The translations under genes and the position numbers were made by a program. The notes under the pieces are model-generated. The model saw only the letters and a program-made list of their open reading frames with translations, ran no database searches and was not told where the DNA came from. From positions 1 through 48,763 of IMG/VR virus record IMGVR_UViG_3300043640_000055: DNA of 48,763 nucleotides; one strand, given 5' to 3'. Source of the stretch: a virus. Positions 1 through 6,924 of the stretch are shown here, one piece after another; position 1 is the first letter of the stretch, and every line of letters starts with the position of its first letter.

Positions 1-127
1 CGCAGCAAGGAAGATCGCCAAGGAAATAGCGGAAAGCCAAATCCTGGCGCTGCAAGTGTCGATCATGAAGCAGCAGATCAACGCGCTGGATTCGATGCCG
101 ACGCCGGAAATGGTGCAGGCCGCAAGA
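1..127. repeat. Terminal overlap copy 1, identical to 48637..48763 (circular closure of the contig)
   Basis: Read directly: cgcagcaaggaagatcgcc...gtgcaggccgcaaga is present at both window ends. An ORF reads through the join in frame. Confidence 0.95.
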
Positions 128-316
128 ACAAAGCGGATCGAATACCGCTCGAAATGGACGCTGGAGCGCGAAGTGCTTTTGGTCCGTCAGGCTCGCGAGG
201 GAGTGAGCTGGCCTGAAATCGGCAAGATGCTTGGCGTCAGCAGTTCAAAGGCATTCGGCAAATTCAAACGACTGACGGCGGCGGCTGATGTCATGCAAGC
301 GGCGGCGAACCCATGA
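1..316 (+). CDS. 3' part of the wrap-around gene: GcrA-like N-terminal-type HTH segment
   Basis: Codons start at base 2, stop at 314-316. KWTLEREVLLVRQAREGVSWPEIGKMLGVSSSKAFGKFKRL fits the GcrA DNA-binding pattern W-T-x-ER-x2-LL-x6-G-x-S-x3-I-x3-LG-VS-x3-A-x-GK-x2-RL. Confidence 0.7.
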   Translation, partial: AARKIAKEIAESQILALQVSIMKQQINALDSMPTPEMVQAARTKRIEYRSKWTLEREVLLVRQAREGVSWPEIGKMLGVSSSKAFGKFKRLTAAADVMQAAANP

Positions 317-456
317 AAACCATCGCCAAACAGTATTTTGAAACGCTGGAGCAATCCCGCAAGGCAAAGCCCAAGTCCGAGCGCAAGACGGTCTTGACCG
401 AGCGGCTAAAGGAGCTGCTCACCAAGCAGCTCCGCAAGGAGAGCAGGGCGGCATGA
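313..456 (+). CDS. Small basic protein (47 aa)
   Basis: ATGA start/stop overlaps at both ends (313-316 and 453-456). MKTIAKQYFETLEQSRKAKPKSERKTVLTERLKELLTKQLRKESRAA. Below the ORF-track size cutoff. Confidence 0.45.
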   Translation: MKTIAKQYFETLEQSRKAKPKSERKTVLTERLKELLTKQLRKESRAA

Positions 457-752
457 GCACACAACACACACCCTTGCCTTGGCAGATCAGCGATGCCCGC
501 ACCGTCGAAGGCACCTTTATGATCGTGGGCGGCGAGGGTTTCGGGTTTGGTTTGATCGCCGATGTCACAACGGCAGAGGATGCCGCCTTAATTTTCAAGG
601 TTGTGAACAGTCACGACGCGCTGGTTCGCGCATTGGAGGAAATTGATGCCGTGGCCGTGTCGAAGAAAGCCGGTTCTCTTGTGCGGATGCAGCGCATTGC
701 CCGGAAAGCTCTTGCGGGCGCCGCGGCTTGTAGCAAGTGGGAAGCGGTATGA
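453..752 (+). CDS. Hypothetical protein (99 aa)
   Basis: ORF track; translationally coupled on both sides. Confidence 0.55.
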   Translation: MSTQHTPLPWQISDARTVEGTFMIVGGEGFGFGLIADVTTAEDAALIFKVVNSHDALVRALEEIDAVAVSKKAGSLVRMQRIARKALAGAAACSKWEAV

Positions 753-1330
753 GCGGACTCGCCATATCAGACACCAAGGCGGCTTTGCAGGATCGGAAGA
801 ACGATCTTTATGAGAGCCCGCCTGAGGCTGTCCGCGCGCTTCTCACTGCGGAAGTATTGCCGCGCGGGATCTGGGAGCCTGCTTGCGGCCCTGGCTCGAT
901 CGTGCGCGTTCTTCGTTCTGCCGGCCATCACGTTCTAGCAACCGATCTTGTCGATTATGAGTCGCCCGATCAGGATCACCACGGCTGGGATTTCCTCTCC
1001 GAGCGACAATTGCCGATCGGAGTTGAAGCGATCGTAACCAATCCGCCGTTTAAGAACGCTTCAGAATTTGTAGCACACGCGCTGGCGCTTTGTCCCCGCG
1101 TGATAATGCTTCTCAGGCTTGCGTTTCTGGAAAGCACAAGGCGAACACCAATTCTCGATAGCGGCCATCTGGCCCGCGTCCATGTCTTCCGAAATCGCCT
1201 CCCGATGATGCACCGCGACGGCTGGGAAGGGCCGAAGGTCAGCAACCCGACCGCGTTTGCATGGTTCGTGTGGGACCGAAACTGGAAAGGGCCAACTGAG
1301 CTGCGGCGCCTGTCATGGGAAGCCGCATGA
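749..1330 (+). CDS. SAM-dependent DNA N6-adenine methyltransferase (NPPF type), orphan
   Basis: Motif I EPACGPGSI and motif IV TNPPF. ATG 749 overlaps the upstream stop (ATGA). No adjacent nuclease. Confidence 0.7.
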   Translation: MSGLAISDTKAALQDRKNDLYESPPEAVRALLTAEVLPRGIWEPACGPGSIVRVLRSAGHHVLATDLVDYESPDQDHHGWDFLSERQLPIGVEAIVTNPPFKNASEFVAHALALCPRVIMLLRLAFLESTRRTPILDSGHLARVHVFRNRLPMMHRDGWEGPKVSNPTAFAWFVWDRNWKGPTELRRLSWEAA

Positions 1331-1367
1331 TCCGCACCCTTCACCACGTCAAGAACGAGCGAACAGC

Positions 1368-1718
1368 ATGAAAATCTACGTCGCCGGTCCCATGCGCGGG
1401 ATTCCAGAGTTCAACTTTCCGGCCTTTCACAAGGCTGCGGCCCGGCTACGCTCCGAAGGTCATGAGGTATTCAACCCGGCGGAACGTGACATTGCGCACC
1501 ACGGCAAGGATATCTCGAAAGGGAACGCGGCGGGCTGCGAAAAGCTGGCGGCTGCTGAGCATGGGTTTAATCTGCGCGAGGCCCTGAAAGACGACCTTGT
1601 TTACATCTGCCTAGAAGCCGATGCCATCGCGCTCTTGCCGGGCTGGGAAGCCAGCAAAGGCGCGAACGCAGAGCTTGCCACGGCTAAGGCGTTGGGCTTG
1701 GGGGTCATCGAACTGTGA
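1368..1718 (+). CDS. DUF4406 / nucleoside 2-deoxyribosyltransferase-like protein
   Basis: MKIYVAGPMRGIPEFNFPAF...LLPGWEASKGANAELATAKALG matches the DUF4406 signature as I recall it. ATG at 1368 inside the longer track ORF. Confidence 0.6.
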   Translation: MKIYVAGPMRGIPEFNFPAFHKAAARLRSEGHEVFNPAERDIAHHGKDISKGNAAGCEKLAAAEHGFNLREALKDDLVYICLEADAIALLPGWEASKGANAELATAKALGLGVIEL

Positions 1719-2119
1719 CCGTCATCAACCTCCCATTCCCCGTAAGCGTCAACGCGATGTTCGCGGACGGCAAGACCCGCCGGCACAAGTCGCAGAAGTA
1801 TTGCGACTGGATCGTGGAAGCTGGCTACCGCCTAAACCGCCAGAAGCCAACACCGATCAAGGGTCAGGTCAGCATTCGATACGACCTCCAGGAAGCTGAA
1901 GACCAATGGTTGCGCGACTGCTTCAACTTCGAAAAGGGTGTGACGGATTTGCTGGTCACCCACGGGATTATCGAAGCCGACCATCGGAAGATCCTGCGCG
2001 GCGGCGAAGTCTGGTGGAATCCAGACGTTGAAGGCGTTCGAGTGACGATAACACCTATTTGTGTAAACCGCGTTCCCCCAACCCAAACAGAGAACGCAAA
2101 TGAGCGAGCCCGGACATAA
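1715..2119 (+). CDS. rusA: RusA-like Holliday-junction resolvase
   Basis: LPFPVSVNAMF...RDCFNFEKGVTDLLVTHGIIEAD parallels RusA PPSNN...RDLDNLQKAAFDAL...DD. GTG start overlaps the upstream stop (GTGA). Confidence 0.65.
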   Translation: MTVINLPFPVSVNAMFADGKTRRHKSQKYCDWIVEAGYRLNRQKPTPIKGQVSIRYDLQEAEDQWLRDCFNFEKGVTDLLVTHGIIEADHRKILRGGEVWWNPDVEGVRVTITPICVNRVPPTQTENANERART

Positions 2120-2339
2120 CCAACTAACGTCGATCACCGAGCGCATCAACCGCCTGGAGGACGACAAGAAGGCCATCGCCGACGATATCCGCGACGTTTA
2201 CGCGGAAGCCAAGGGCAATGGGTTCAATCCGAAAGCCTTGCGCGTGGTCGTCCGCAAACAGCGCGCCGACAAGAAGGCCGCCGCTGAGCTGGCGGTAGAC
2301 GTTGAAGCCTATATGGCTGCGTTGGGGATGGCCGATTGA
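2100..2339 (+). CDS. DUF2312 / GapR-like nucleoid-associated protein
   Basis: LTSITERINRLEDDKKAIADDIRDVYAEAKGNGFNPKALRVVVRKQR...AYMAALGM is the conserved DUF2312 core. Confidence 0.7.
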   Translation: MSEPGHNQLTSITERINRLEDDKKAIADDIRDVYAEAKGNGFNPKALRVVVRKQRADKKAAAELAVDVEAYMAALGMAD

Positions 2340-3181
2340 TGGATTGGTTCCGATCCTGGCACGGCGCGCCGACTGATCCGAAATGGCTGCTCATTGCGAA
2401 ACGCAGTGAAACGCAGGCTGGAATCGTTTCAGCAATTGTCTGGGCGCTGTTCGATTTTGCGAGCCAAAATTCGGCCGATCGTGGAAGCGTGGAAGCGTTC
2501 GACGCCGAAACCTATGCCGCGTTTTCGGGTTTCGATGAAAGCGCCATCCAGCGAGTGATCGAGTGCCTGAAAGAGAAAAAGCTTATCATCGACGGGCATT
2601 TAGCAGCTTGGGAAAAGCGCCAGACGAAACGCGAAGACAACTCAACGCCGCGCGTTCAAGCACATCGTAACGCAAAGAAACGCAATGTAACACCGGAAAC
2701 ACCTAGAGAAGAGAAGATTAGAGAAGAGAAGATTGATTCAGAAGCTAAAGCTTCTGGCGCCGACGCGCCGCCTGATCCGGCGATTCCTGAACGGGATTAT
2801 TTTATTCGAGGAAGGGAAGTTCTCGGCAAAGGCGCTGGCGCGATGATCGCCAACCTTTTGAAAGCCAAGGGCCGCAACGTCTCGTTGGCGAGGGCTGCGC
2901 TGGAGCAGGCGTCCCAGAAATCGGACCCGCTCGAATATGTCGCCGCGATTTGCCGCGGCCCACCGGTATCGAGCAAACCCCTGACGGAATTCCAAATCAA
3001 ACAGCGGAAGACGAACGATGTCACAGACAAGCTCAAATCCTCAGCTCTTGCCGCAAGAAGCGGCGGCACGGCTGATTGGCTTTTACCCAACGATCACGGC
3101 GAGCGATCCGGAGATTTACGCGGCGGGACTGGTCCACATGTTCTCGCGCTATCCGGCCCATCTGGTGGCAGAGGCAATTAA
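2339..3181 (+). CDS. Putative replication organiser/initiator
   Basis: Sits in the replication arm. N-terminal WHGAPTDPKW winged-helix-like region, then a charged linker containing a 2 x 15-bp tandem repeat. The 3' 164 nt overlap the next ORF out of frame, so the true end is uncertain. Confidence 0.45.
   Translation: MDWFRSWHGAPTDPKWLLIAKRSETQAGIVSAIVWALFDFASQNSADRGSVEAFDAETYAAFSGFDESAIQRVIECLKEKKLIIDGHLAAWEKRQTKREDNSTPRVQAHRNAKKRNVTPETPREEKIREEKIDSEAKASGADAPPDPAIPERDYFIRGREVLGKGAGAMIANLLKAKGRNVSLARAALEQASQKSDPLEYVAAICRGPPVSSKPLTEFQIKQRKTNDVTDKLKSSALAARSGGTADWLLPNDHGERSGDLRGGTGPHVLALSGPSGGRGN
2704..2733 (+). repeat. Perfect tandem repeat 2 x 15 bp (tagagaagagaagat), iteron-like
   Basis: Read directly. 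Purine-rich, lies inside the putative replication gene and encodes EKIREEKI. Confidence 0.9.
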
Positions 3182-3416
3182 CCCGGCGGTCGGATTGCCG
3201 TCGCTGTACGATTTTCCGCCGACCATGAAACAGGTCAAGGAATACCTGGAGCCGCGACATCAGAAGGAAATACGGGACGCTGATACGCAAGCTCGGTTCA
3301 ACCGGAAGCGTCTGCCGGCGCCGGAACCTGATCCCGTAGCCGACAAGCGAATTGAGGAGGGGTTACGCAAACTTGCAGCCCATCTCAAATCAGGCTTCAG
3401 CCCAAGTACACAGTGA
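3018..3416 (+). CDS. Hypothetical protein (132 aa)
   Basis: ORF track; protein-like composition across its length. Confidence 0.5.
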   Translation: MSQTSSNPQLLPQEAAARLIGFYPTITASDPEIYAAGLVHMFSRYPAHLVAEAINPAVGLPSLYDFPPTMKQVKEYLEPRHQKEIRDADTQARFNRKRLPAPEPDPVADKRIEEGLRKLAAHLKSGFSPSTQ

Positions 3417-3486
3417 GGAATGGTTCAATCGAGAGCGGAGCAAACTGCATCTGGTTTGCGATCACCTTACCACGGAGAAACCTGAA

Positions 3487-3852
3487 ATGAGTGACGCGAT
3501 TGTGAAATGGGTGGCGGGCAACGACAAGGGAGCCTCAAGTGAGGCGATAGCCGTTTCGGCTTTGGGGATGGTGCCGAAGAGCCCTAGTTATCCGCATGAC
3601 GGCAGTGACTTTGGCCGCTGCTATCGTCTCCTGAAGGTTGCGCCAGAAGCCAGCAAGGGACTTGAACGCCTCGCGGCAGACGGAGGCAAGGTTTGGGCGG
3701 CGTTGGTCCCGCGCTGGCATGAAATCGAGGCGGCCTATCTGAGCGACAAGGGCTGTTATGAACTGCTCTGCGAGATCATCCACCCGATTGAGGATGCATC
3801 CGGCAAGGTCGTCCGCTTGAAGGGTGGCGCGATTTCCTTCGGCAGAATCTGA
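3487..3852 (+). CDS. Hypothetical protein (121 aa)
   Basis: ATG 3487 preceded by GGAGAAACC. The longer track ORF (3352) overlaps the previous gene. Confidence 0.5.
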   Translation: MSDAIVKWVAGNDKGASSEAIAVSALGMVPKSPSYPHDGSDFGRCYRLLKVAPEASKGLERLAADGGKVWAALVPRWHEIEAAYLSDKGCYELLCEIIHPIEDASGKVVRLKGGAISFGRI

Positions 3853-3868
3853 AGCATCGGGACTGTCT

Positions 3869-3879
3869 CCTGACTTCTC
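3869..3879 (+). repeat. CCTGACTTCTC motif, copy A (extended identity actgtctcctgacttctc with copy B; gttgatgtg at 3901-3909)
   Basis: Read directly; intergenic. Confidence 0.9.
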
Positions 3880-3975
3880 AGAAGCCTAAGCGTTCTCAGT
3901 GTTGATGTGTTTCAATTGATCACCGAACAACCTGATACGGCATCGCGATCACCTAACTACGGAGAGGGCTGCACA

Positions 3976-4173
3976 ATGCACATCGAATTCGGACCCAGCG
4001 AGCGGATTTTGCCAGAGGTCGTCTGGAACCACATTGACGGCCCCCTCATGTATTTGAGCAACCATCAGCTTCATTGGCTGACATGGCGCGAGCGGCTGGC
4101 GCTATGGCTTGGCTTCTCGACCTTGGAAGCGGTTGATGACGATTACGTCTCGGGCCGCAAGCGGAATTGGTGA
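3976..4173 (+). CDS. Hypothetical protein (65 aa)
   Basis: ATG 3976 preceded by GGAGAGGG; sits inside the track ORF 3907..4173. Confidence 0.45.
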   Translation: MHIEFGPSERILPEVVWNHIDGPLMYLSNHQLHWLTWRERLALWLGFSTLEAVDDDYVSGRKRNW

Positions 4174-4189
4174 AGCGACCAAACTGTCT

Positions 4190-4200
4190 CCTGACTTCTC
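4190..4200 (+). repeat. CCTGACTTCTC motif, copy B (gttgatgtgaatc at 4223-4235)
   Basis: Read directly; intergenic. Confidence 0.9.
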
Positions 4201-4259
4201 CAGTGTCGAAGCAAGTTAAGACGTTGATGTGAATCCTAAAACCGGGGCAATGAAATAGA

Positions 4260-4838
4260 ATGGCACGAAGGAAACGACAGCCTTACAACCCGGCAAAGGT
4301 ACATGACCGGCGAGCTACTGATCTACTGCGGAATGCTCAAGTCTCTCCGATCGAAGTAGACGACCCAATGGAACTAGGCGCCAAGCTCATGGTCATGAGA
4401 TCCACCAGGAACGACCCACTGGCGAATCTTCACGCCCGTAAATCGATCGATGAAGCGCAGTACGCCGGGGGTAGGGCTTTCCAGCAGGATTTCGAAACCG
4501 CGGAACGGGGGCCGAAGGCAATTGATCCATCCCAGCCGTATGTCGATTGCTCCCGCGTCGAGCGTGGCATCTCAGCGGCCATTAGCAAGGCGCTGGATGG
4601 CCTGACGAAAGCCCGCGATGAGCTGGGCCAGAACGGCGGGGCGCTCATGCATGACTTCCTAATTGAAGGCCTGAACGTCGTGGAGATCGGCATCAAGCGC
4701 GGCATGGTTTCGGAATTGGAGCTTAAGTATCTCGGCAAGAGGGTTCGGGAGTGTCTCGAATCTCTGGCTATCGTTTACGGGTATGCAATGCAGTGCCGCC
4801 GATCAGAGAAACCCCTTATTTCATTGAACAACTTGTAG
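4260..4838 (+). CDS. Putative regulatory protein; possibly a late-gene activator of the GafA/DUF6456-like type (tentative)
   Basis: 192-aa ORF and the last gene of the early arm. NDPLANLHARKSIDEAQYAGGRAFQQDFETAE resembles a motif I associate with alphaproteobacterial GTA/phage activators; this is from memory and unverified. Confidence 0.4.
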   Translation: MARRKRQPYNPAKVHDRRATDLLRNAQVSPIEVDDPMELGAKLMVMRSTRNDPLANLHARKSIDEAQYAGGRAFQQDFETAERGPKAIDPSQPYVDCSRVERGISAAISKALDGLTKARDELGQNGGALMHDFLIEGLNVVEIGIKRGMVSELELKYLGKRVRECLESLAIVYGYAMQCRRSEKPLISLNNL

Positions 4839-4882
4839 CATGAGCGCGTGGTTTGTGCTAGGAAAATCAGGAGGGAATTGCG

Positions 4883-5125
4883 ATGATGAGAGACGAAGCA
4901 CTTAAAAAATTGAAGTCGTGTAATCGCGGGCTTTGCATTTCTGATAAGTCGATGGAGGCCAGTCTTGACGGCTACGTCGCCCTCGGGATGCTCAAGCTGG
5001 ATGAGCCGAAGAGCATTGAGATGAGATTTTTTGATGCCTTCAACAATTTAAAGCCCGGCTTTCGACTTGCTGCGAACCTTCTGGGAGCCATTGATGCAGC
5101 TGGCCTCAAGGTCGTCGAGAAGTAG
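4883..5125 (+). CDS. Hypothetical protein (80 aa), lower-GC cassette
   Basis: AGGAGGG RBS 7 nt upstream. Locally AT-richer than its flanks. Confidence 0.5.
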   Translation: MMRDEALKKLKSCNRGLCISDKSMEASLDGYVALGMLKLDEPKSIEMRFFDAFNNLKPGFRLAANLLGAIDAAGLKVVEK

Positions 5126-5126
5126 C

Positions 5127-5270
5127 ATGAAGCCTAAGCGTGGAATTTGGTGCCCTCGTCACCCCGAAGAGAGGCTAGTTAAAATACATATGCCCAGCGG
5201 GAAGATTGATTTGCGTTGTCCTGGTTGCACGGCGGACAGAGTTGCCTCGATCCGGGTTTTGGAGAAATAG
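5127..5270 (+). CDS. Small Zn-ribbon protein (47 aa)
   Basis: ATG 5127 lies 1 nt after the upstream stop. Cysteine pattern CPRH...CPGC. Confidence 0.45.
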   Translation: MKPKRGIWCPRHPEERLVKIHMPSGKIDLRCPGCTADRVASIRVLEK

Positions 5271-5271
5271 C

Positions 5272-5811
5272 ATGTTAGACGGTTCAAGCATCCGAGCTGC
5301 GCGCGAAGCCAAGGGCATGACGCAAGCCGAATTGGCTGAAAAGATCGGCACGTCGCAGCAGACGGTTGACAAGATCGAGCGCGGCATCATGAAGCGCACC
5401 ACCTATCTGCCGGAGATTTATCAGGTGCTCGACATTGCCGAAACCGCTAAACCGGTTTCGACCAATGGCGGGCTTACCCCGCTAATGGTCCTCCGAACCA
5501 TCCTATGCGCCAACCCGACCGCAGAGCAGATATTGGCGGCGCTGGCGGCGAATGGGTTTAAGATTGTGCCTGAAAATGAAATGAGCGAGTGGGTCGATGT
5601 TGAAACGGAAAAGGACTGGCTTGACCCGCTGGCATTCGTCAACGAGATCATGAAGCGCCGTAAGGTTTCATCAACCGAACTGGCACGCGCGGCTGGCCTA
5701 GCGGCGTCTACGCTTAACAGGTGGCTGCGAAATGACGGTTCGGAGTCCCTGACCGTTCGCACCCTCCAGAAAATCAGGGAATGGGATCGAAGCCAAGGAG
5801 AGCAATCTTGA
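5272..5811 (+). CDS. XRE-family regulator with two HTH regions
   Basis: N-terminal REAKGMTQAELAEKIGTSQQTVDKIERG (HTH_3 type). C-terminal second HTH-like segment VSSTELARAAGLAASTLNRWLRN. Confidence 0.75.
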   Translation: MLDGSSIRAAREAKGMTQAELAEKIGTSQQTVDKIERGIMKRTTYLPEIYQVLDIAETAKPVSTNGGLTPLMVLRTILCANPTAEQILAALAANGFKIVPENEMSEWVDVETEKDWLDPLAFVNEIMKRRKVSSTELARAAGLAASTLNRWLRNDGSESLTVRTLQKIREWDRSQGEQS

Positions 5812-6020
5812 CCCCTGAGCAGAAAGCCGTCGCGTTCATCGCGAGGTGGGAGGCGGTTGTAGCCATGGTAACGACCGGGACTCCGATCGGGTTAGCGTTG
5901 GTGGCTAGCCTCGAAGATGACGACTGGGGACTCGTGTACGCGGCGACGACAAGACTCGTTAATGAAGTGGCGACCAAGCGGGCGACGGTTGTGCCATTTC
6001 CCAAGAAGCCCAGTGCATAA
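5808..6020 (+). CDS. Hypothetical protein (70 aa)
   Basis: TTG 5808 preceded by AGGAGAG and overlapping the upstream stop. The track offers 5781 as an alternative start. Confidence 0.4.
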   Translation: MTPEQKAVAFIARWEAVVAMVTTGTPIGLALVASLEDDDWGLVYAATTRLVNEVATKRATVVPFPKKPSA

Positions 6021-6044
6021 CCATACACCCCTGTACGTTGCCAC

Positions 6045-6072
6045 TTGACCGGTCCGACAAATCAGGTACATT
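6045..6072 (+). promoter_or_regulatory. Sigma70-like promoter TTGACC-N16-TACATT
   Basis: Read directly. Hexamers closely resemble the PL (TTGACC/TACATC) and PR (TTGACG/TACAGA) hexamers of this genome. Confidence 0.4.
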
Positions 6073-6078
6073 CACTAC

Positions 6079-6240
6079 CATCAAGTGATTTGCGGCTTCG
6101 GTCGCTCAACAGCTTCCCCCATCCGAATATCAACCCTTAGGGTCGAGAGCCCGTGAAAGATCGGACCGCGAAAGCGGGGTAGGGTGGGGGAACATAAAAC
6201 AGAGCCGCCCCGAGGTCCATCCTCGCCGGGCGGCTTTTTG
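6079..6240 (+). ncRNA. Candidate ~160-nt structured sRNA (no family assigned)
   Basis: No credible ORF on the + strand. UUCG-capped hairpin GCGGC-UUCG-GUCGC at 6092-6105, GAAA-capped hairpin CCGC-GAAA-GCGG at 6166-6177, and a strong intrinsic terminator at the 3' end. Confidence 0.35.
6203..6240 (+). terminator. Rho-independent terminator
   Basis: Stem agccgccc/gggcggct with inner stem cgagg/cctcg, followed by TTTTT. Confidence 0.75.
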
Positions 6241-6276
6241 CGGGTCTTGGCCATCGGATTGGCTGGCGCTCTCGTT

Positions 6277-6286
6277 ATGTGCACAT
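6277..6286. repeat. Perfect 10-bp palindrome ATGTGCACAT (operator-half-site-like)
   Basis: Read directly. Same ATGTGCA heptamer as in the PL/PR operators. Confidence 0.85.
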
Positions 6287-6299
6287 GACGGTTTTGCCT

Positions 6300-6326
6300 A
6301 GGGTTCGAGTCCCTTCGCCCGCTCCA
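6300..6326 (+). other. Orphan tRNA-Gly-like 3' fragment (T-arm plus acceptor plus CCA), not a complete tRNA
   Basis: agggttcgagtcccttcgcccgctcca is near-identical to the 3' end of E. coli tRNA-Gly(CCC) as I recall it (AGGGTTCGATTCCCTTCGCCCGCTCCA). No D or anticodon arm can be folded upstream. Confidence 0.6.
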
Positions 6327-6358
6327 AGGCTTTTGCGTTCAACCCATGGGAGATTGAG

Positions 6359-6493
6359 ATGAACTCCAATAAACCGCTAAGCAGATATTATCTGGCCCGG
6401 ATGGCGTCTGATGATCGTAGGGCGGCTGAAGCCAAGCGCCGATACGCTGAAGAGCGCGGTCTCAACCCGATCACACTGAAGCCGCTCGGCTAA
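6359..6493 (+). CDS. Small protein (44 aa)
   Basis: GGGAGA RBS. MNSNKPLSRYYLARMASDDRRAAEAKRRYAEERGLNPITLKPLG. Confidence 0.4.
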   Translation: MNSNKPLSRYYLARMASDDRRAAEAKRRYAEERGLNPITLKPLG

Positions 6494-6555
6494 TTCAATC
6501 TCACACCGCATTGGCTGAAGCGGATTAACGGTCACCCAATCATTGGAGTCGTGGG

Positions 6556-6663
6556 ATGATGTTTTCGATTGGGCTAATCGCTGGCTTTGTGGCTGGTGTT
6601 ATCGGCTTCGCCGCGTTTGTGGCGTGGGTAAGGAAGAGTCCGCCGAATTTCCTGCCTTGGTGA
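6556..6663 (+). CDS. Micro membrane protein (35 aa, 1 TM)
   Basis: GGAG 7 nt upstream. MMFSIGLIAGFVAGVIGFAAFVAWVRKSPPNFLPW. Confidence 0.4.
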   Translation: MMFSIGLIAGFVAGVIGFAAFVAWVRKSPPNFLPW

Positions 6664-6726
6664 AGCCTCGGGACTGCAAGCTGAACGATGACAGCAGAGA
6701 CAAACTGGCTGGTGAGGTGAATCGGA

Positions 6727-6885
6727 ATGACAGACAACGTGATTTTTGGCGTCGACTTCAAAGCTAAAGCTGAGAAGGAGCGGGAAGAGCAAAAGCCGCT
6801 GACTGGCGATCCGTGCATCGACGTTCCGGAGAACTGCCCGTGCGAGACGGTCGTTTATTTCGCGCCGGAAACGGATCCAGCCTAA
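6727..6885 (+). CDS. Small acidic Cys-containing protein (52 aa)
   Basis: GGTGAGG upstream. MTDNVIFGVDFKAKAEKEREEQKPLTGDPCIDVPENCPCETVVYFAPETDPA. Confidence 0.4.
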   Translation: MTDNVIFGVDFKAKAEKEREEQKPLTGDPCIDVPENCPCETVVYFAPETDPA

Positions 6886-6924
6886 CCAATTTAGGGGCGT
6901 GCATCACACTTCCCGGAGTGAACA

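Noticed and set aside
3588-3596. DnaA-box-like TTATCCGCA (8 of 9 to TTATCCACA)
   Set aside because: It is a single isolated copy inside a coding region. One 8-of-9 match in 48 kb is close to chance expectation.
6240-6326. Possible complete 87-nt class-II tRNA (gcgggtc...cgcccgctcca)
   Set aside because: The acceptor pairs only 6 of 7 positions, the T-stem has a T-T mismatch, and no D-arm or anticodon stem-loop can be drawn. The putative 5' end is simply the tail of the upstream terminator. I treat it as a 27-nt tRNA-Gly 3' fragment.
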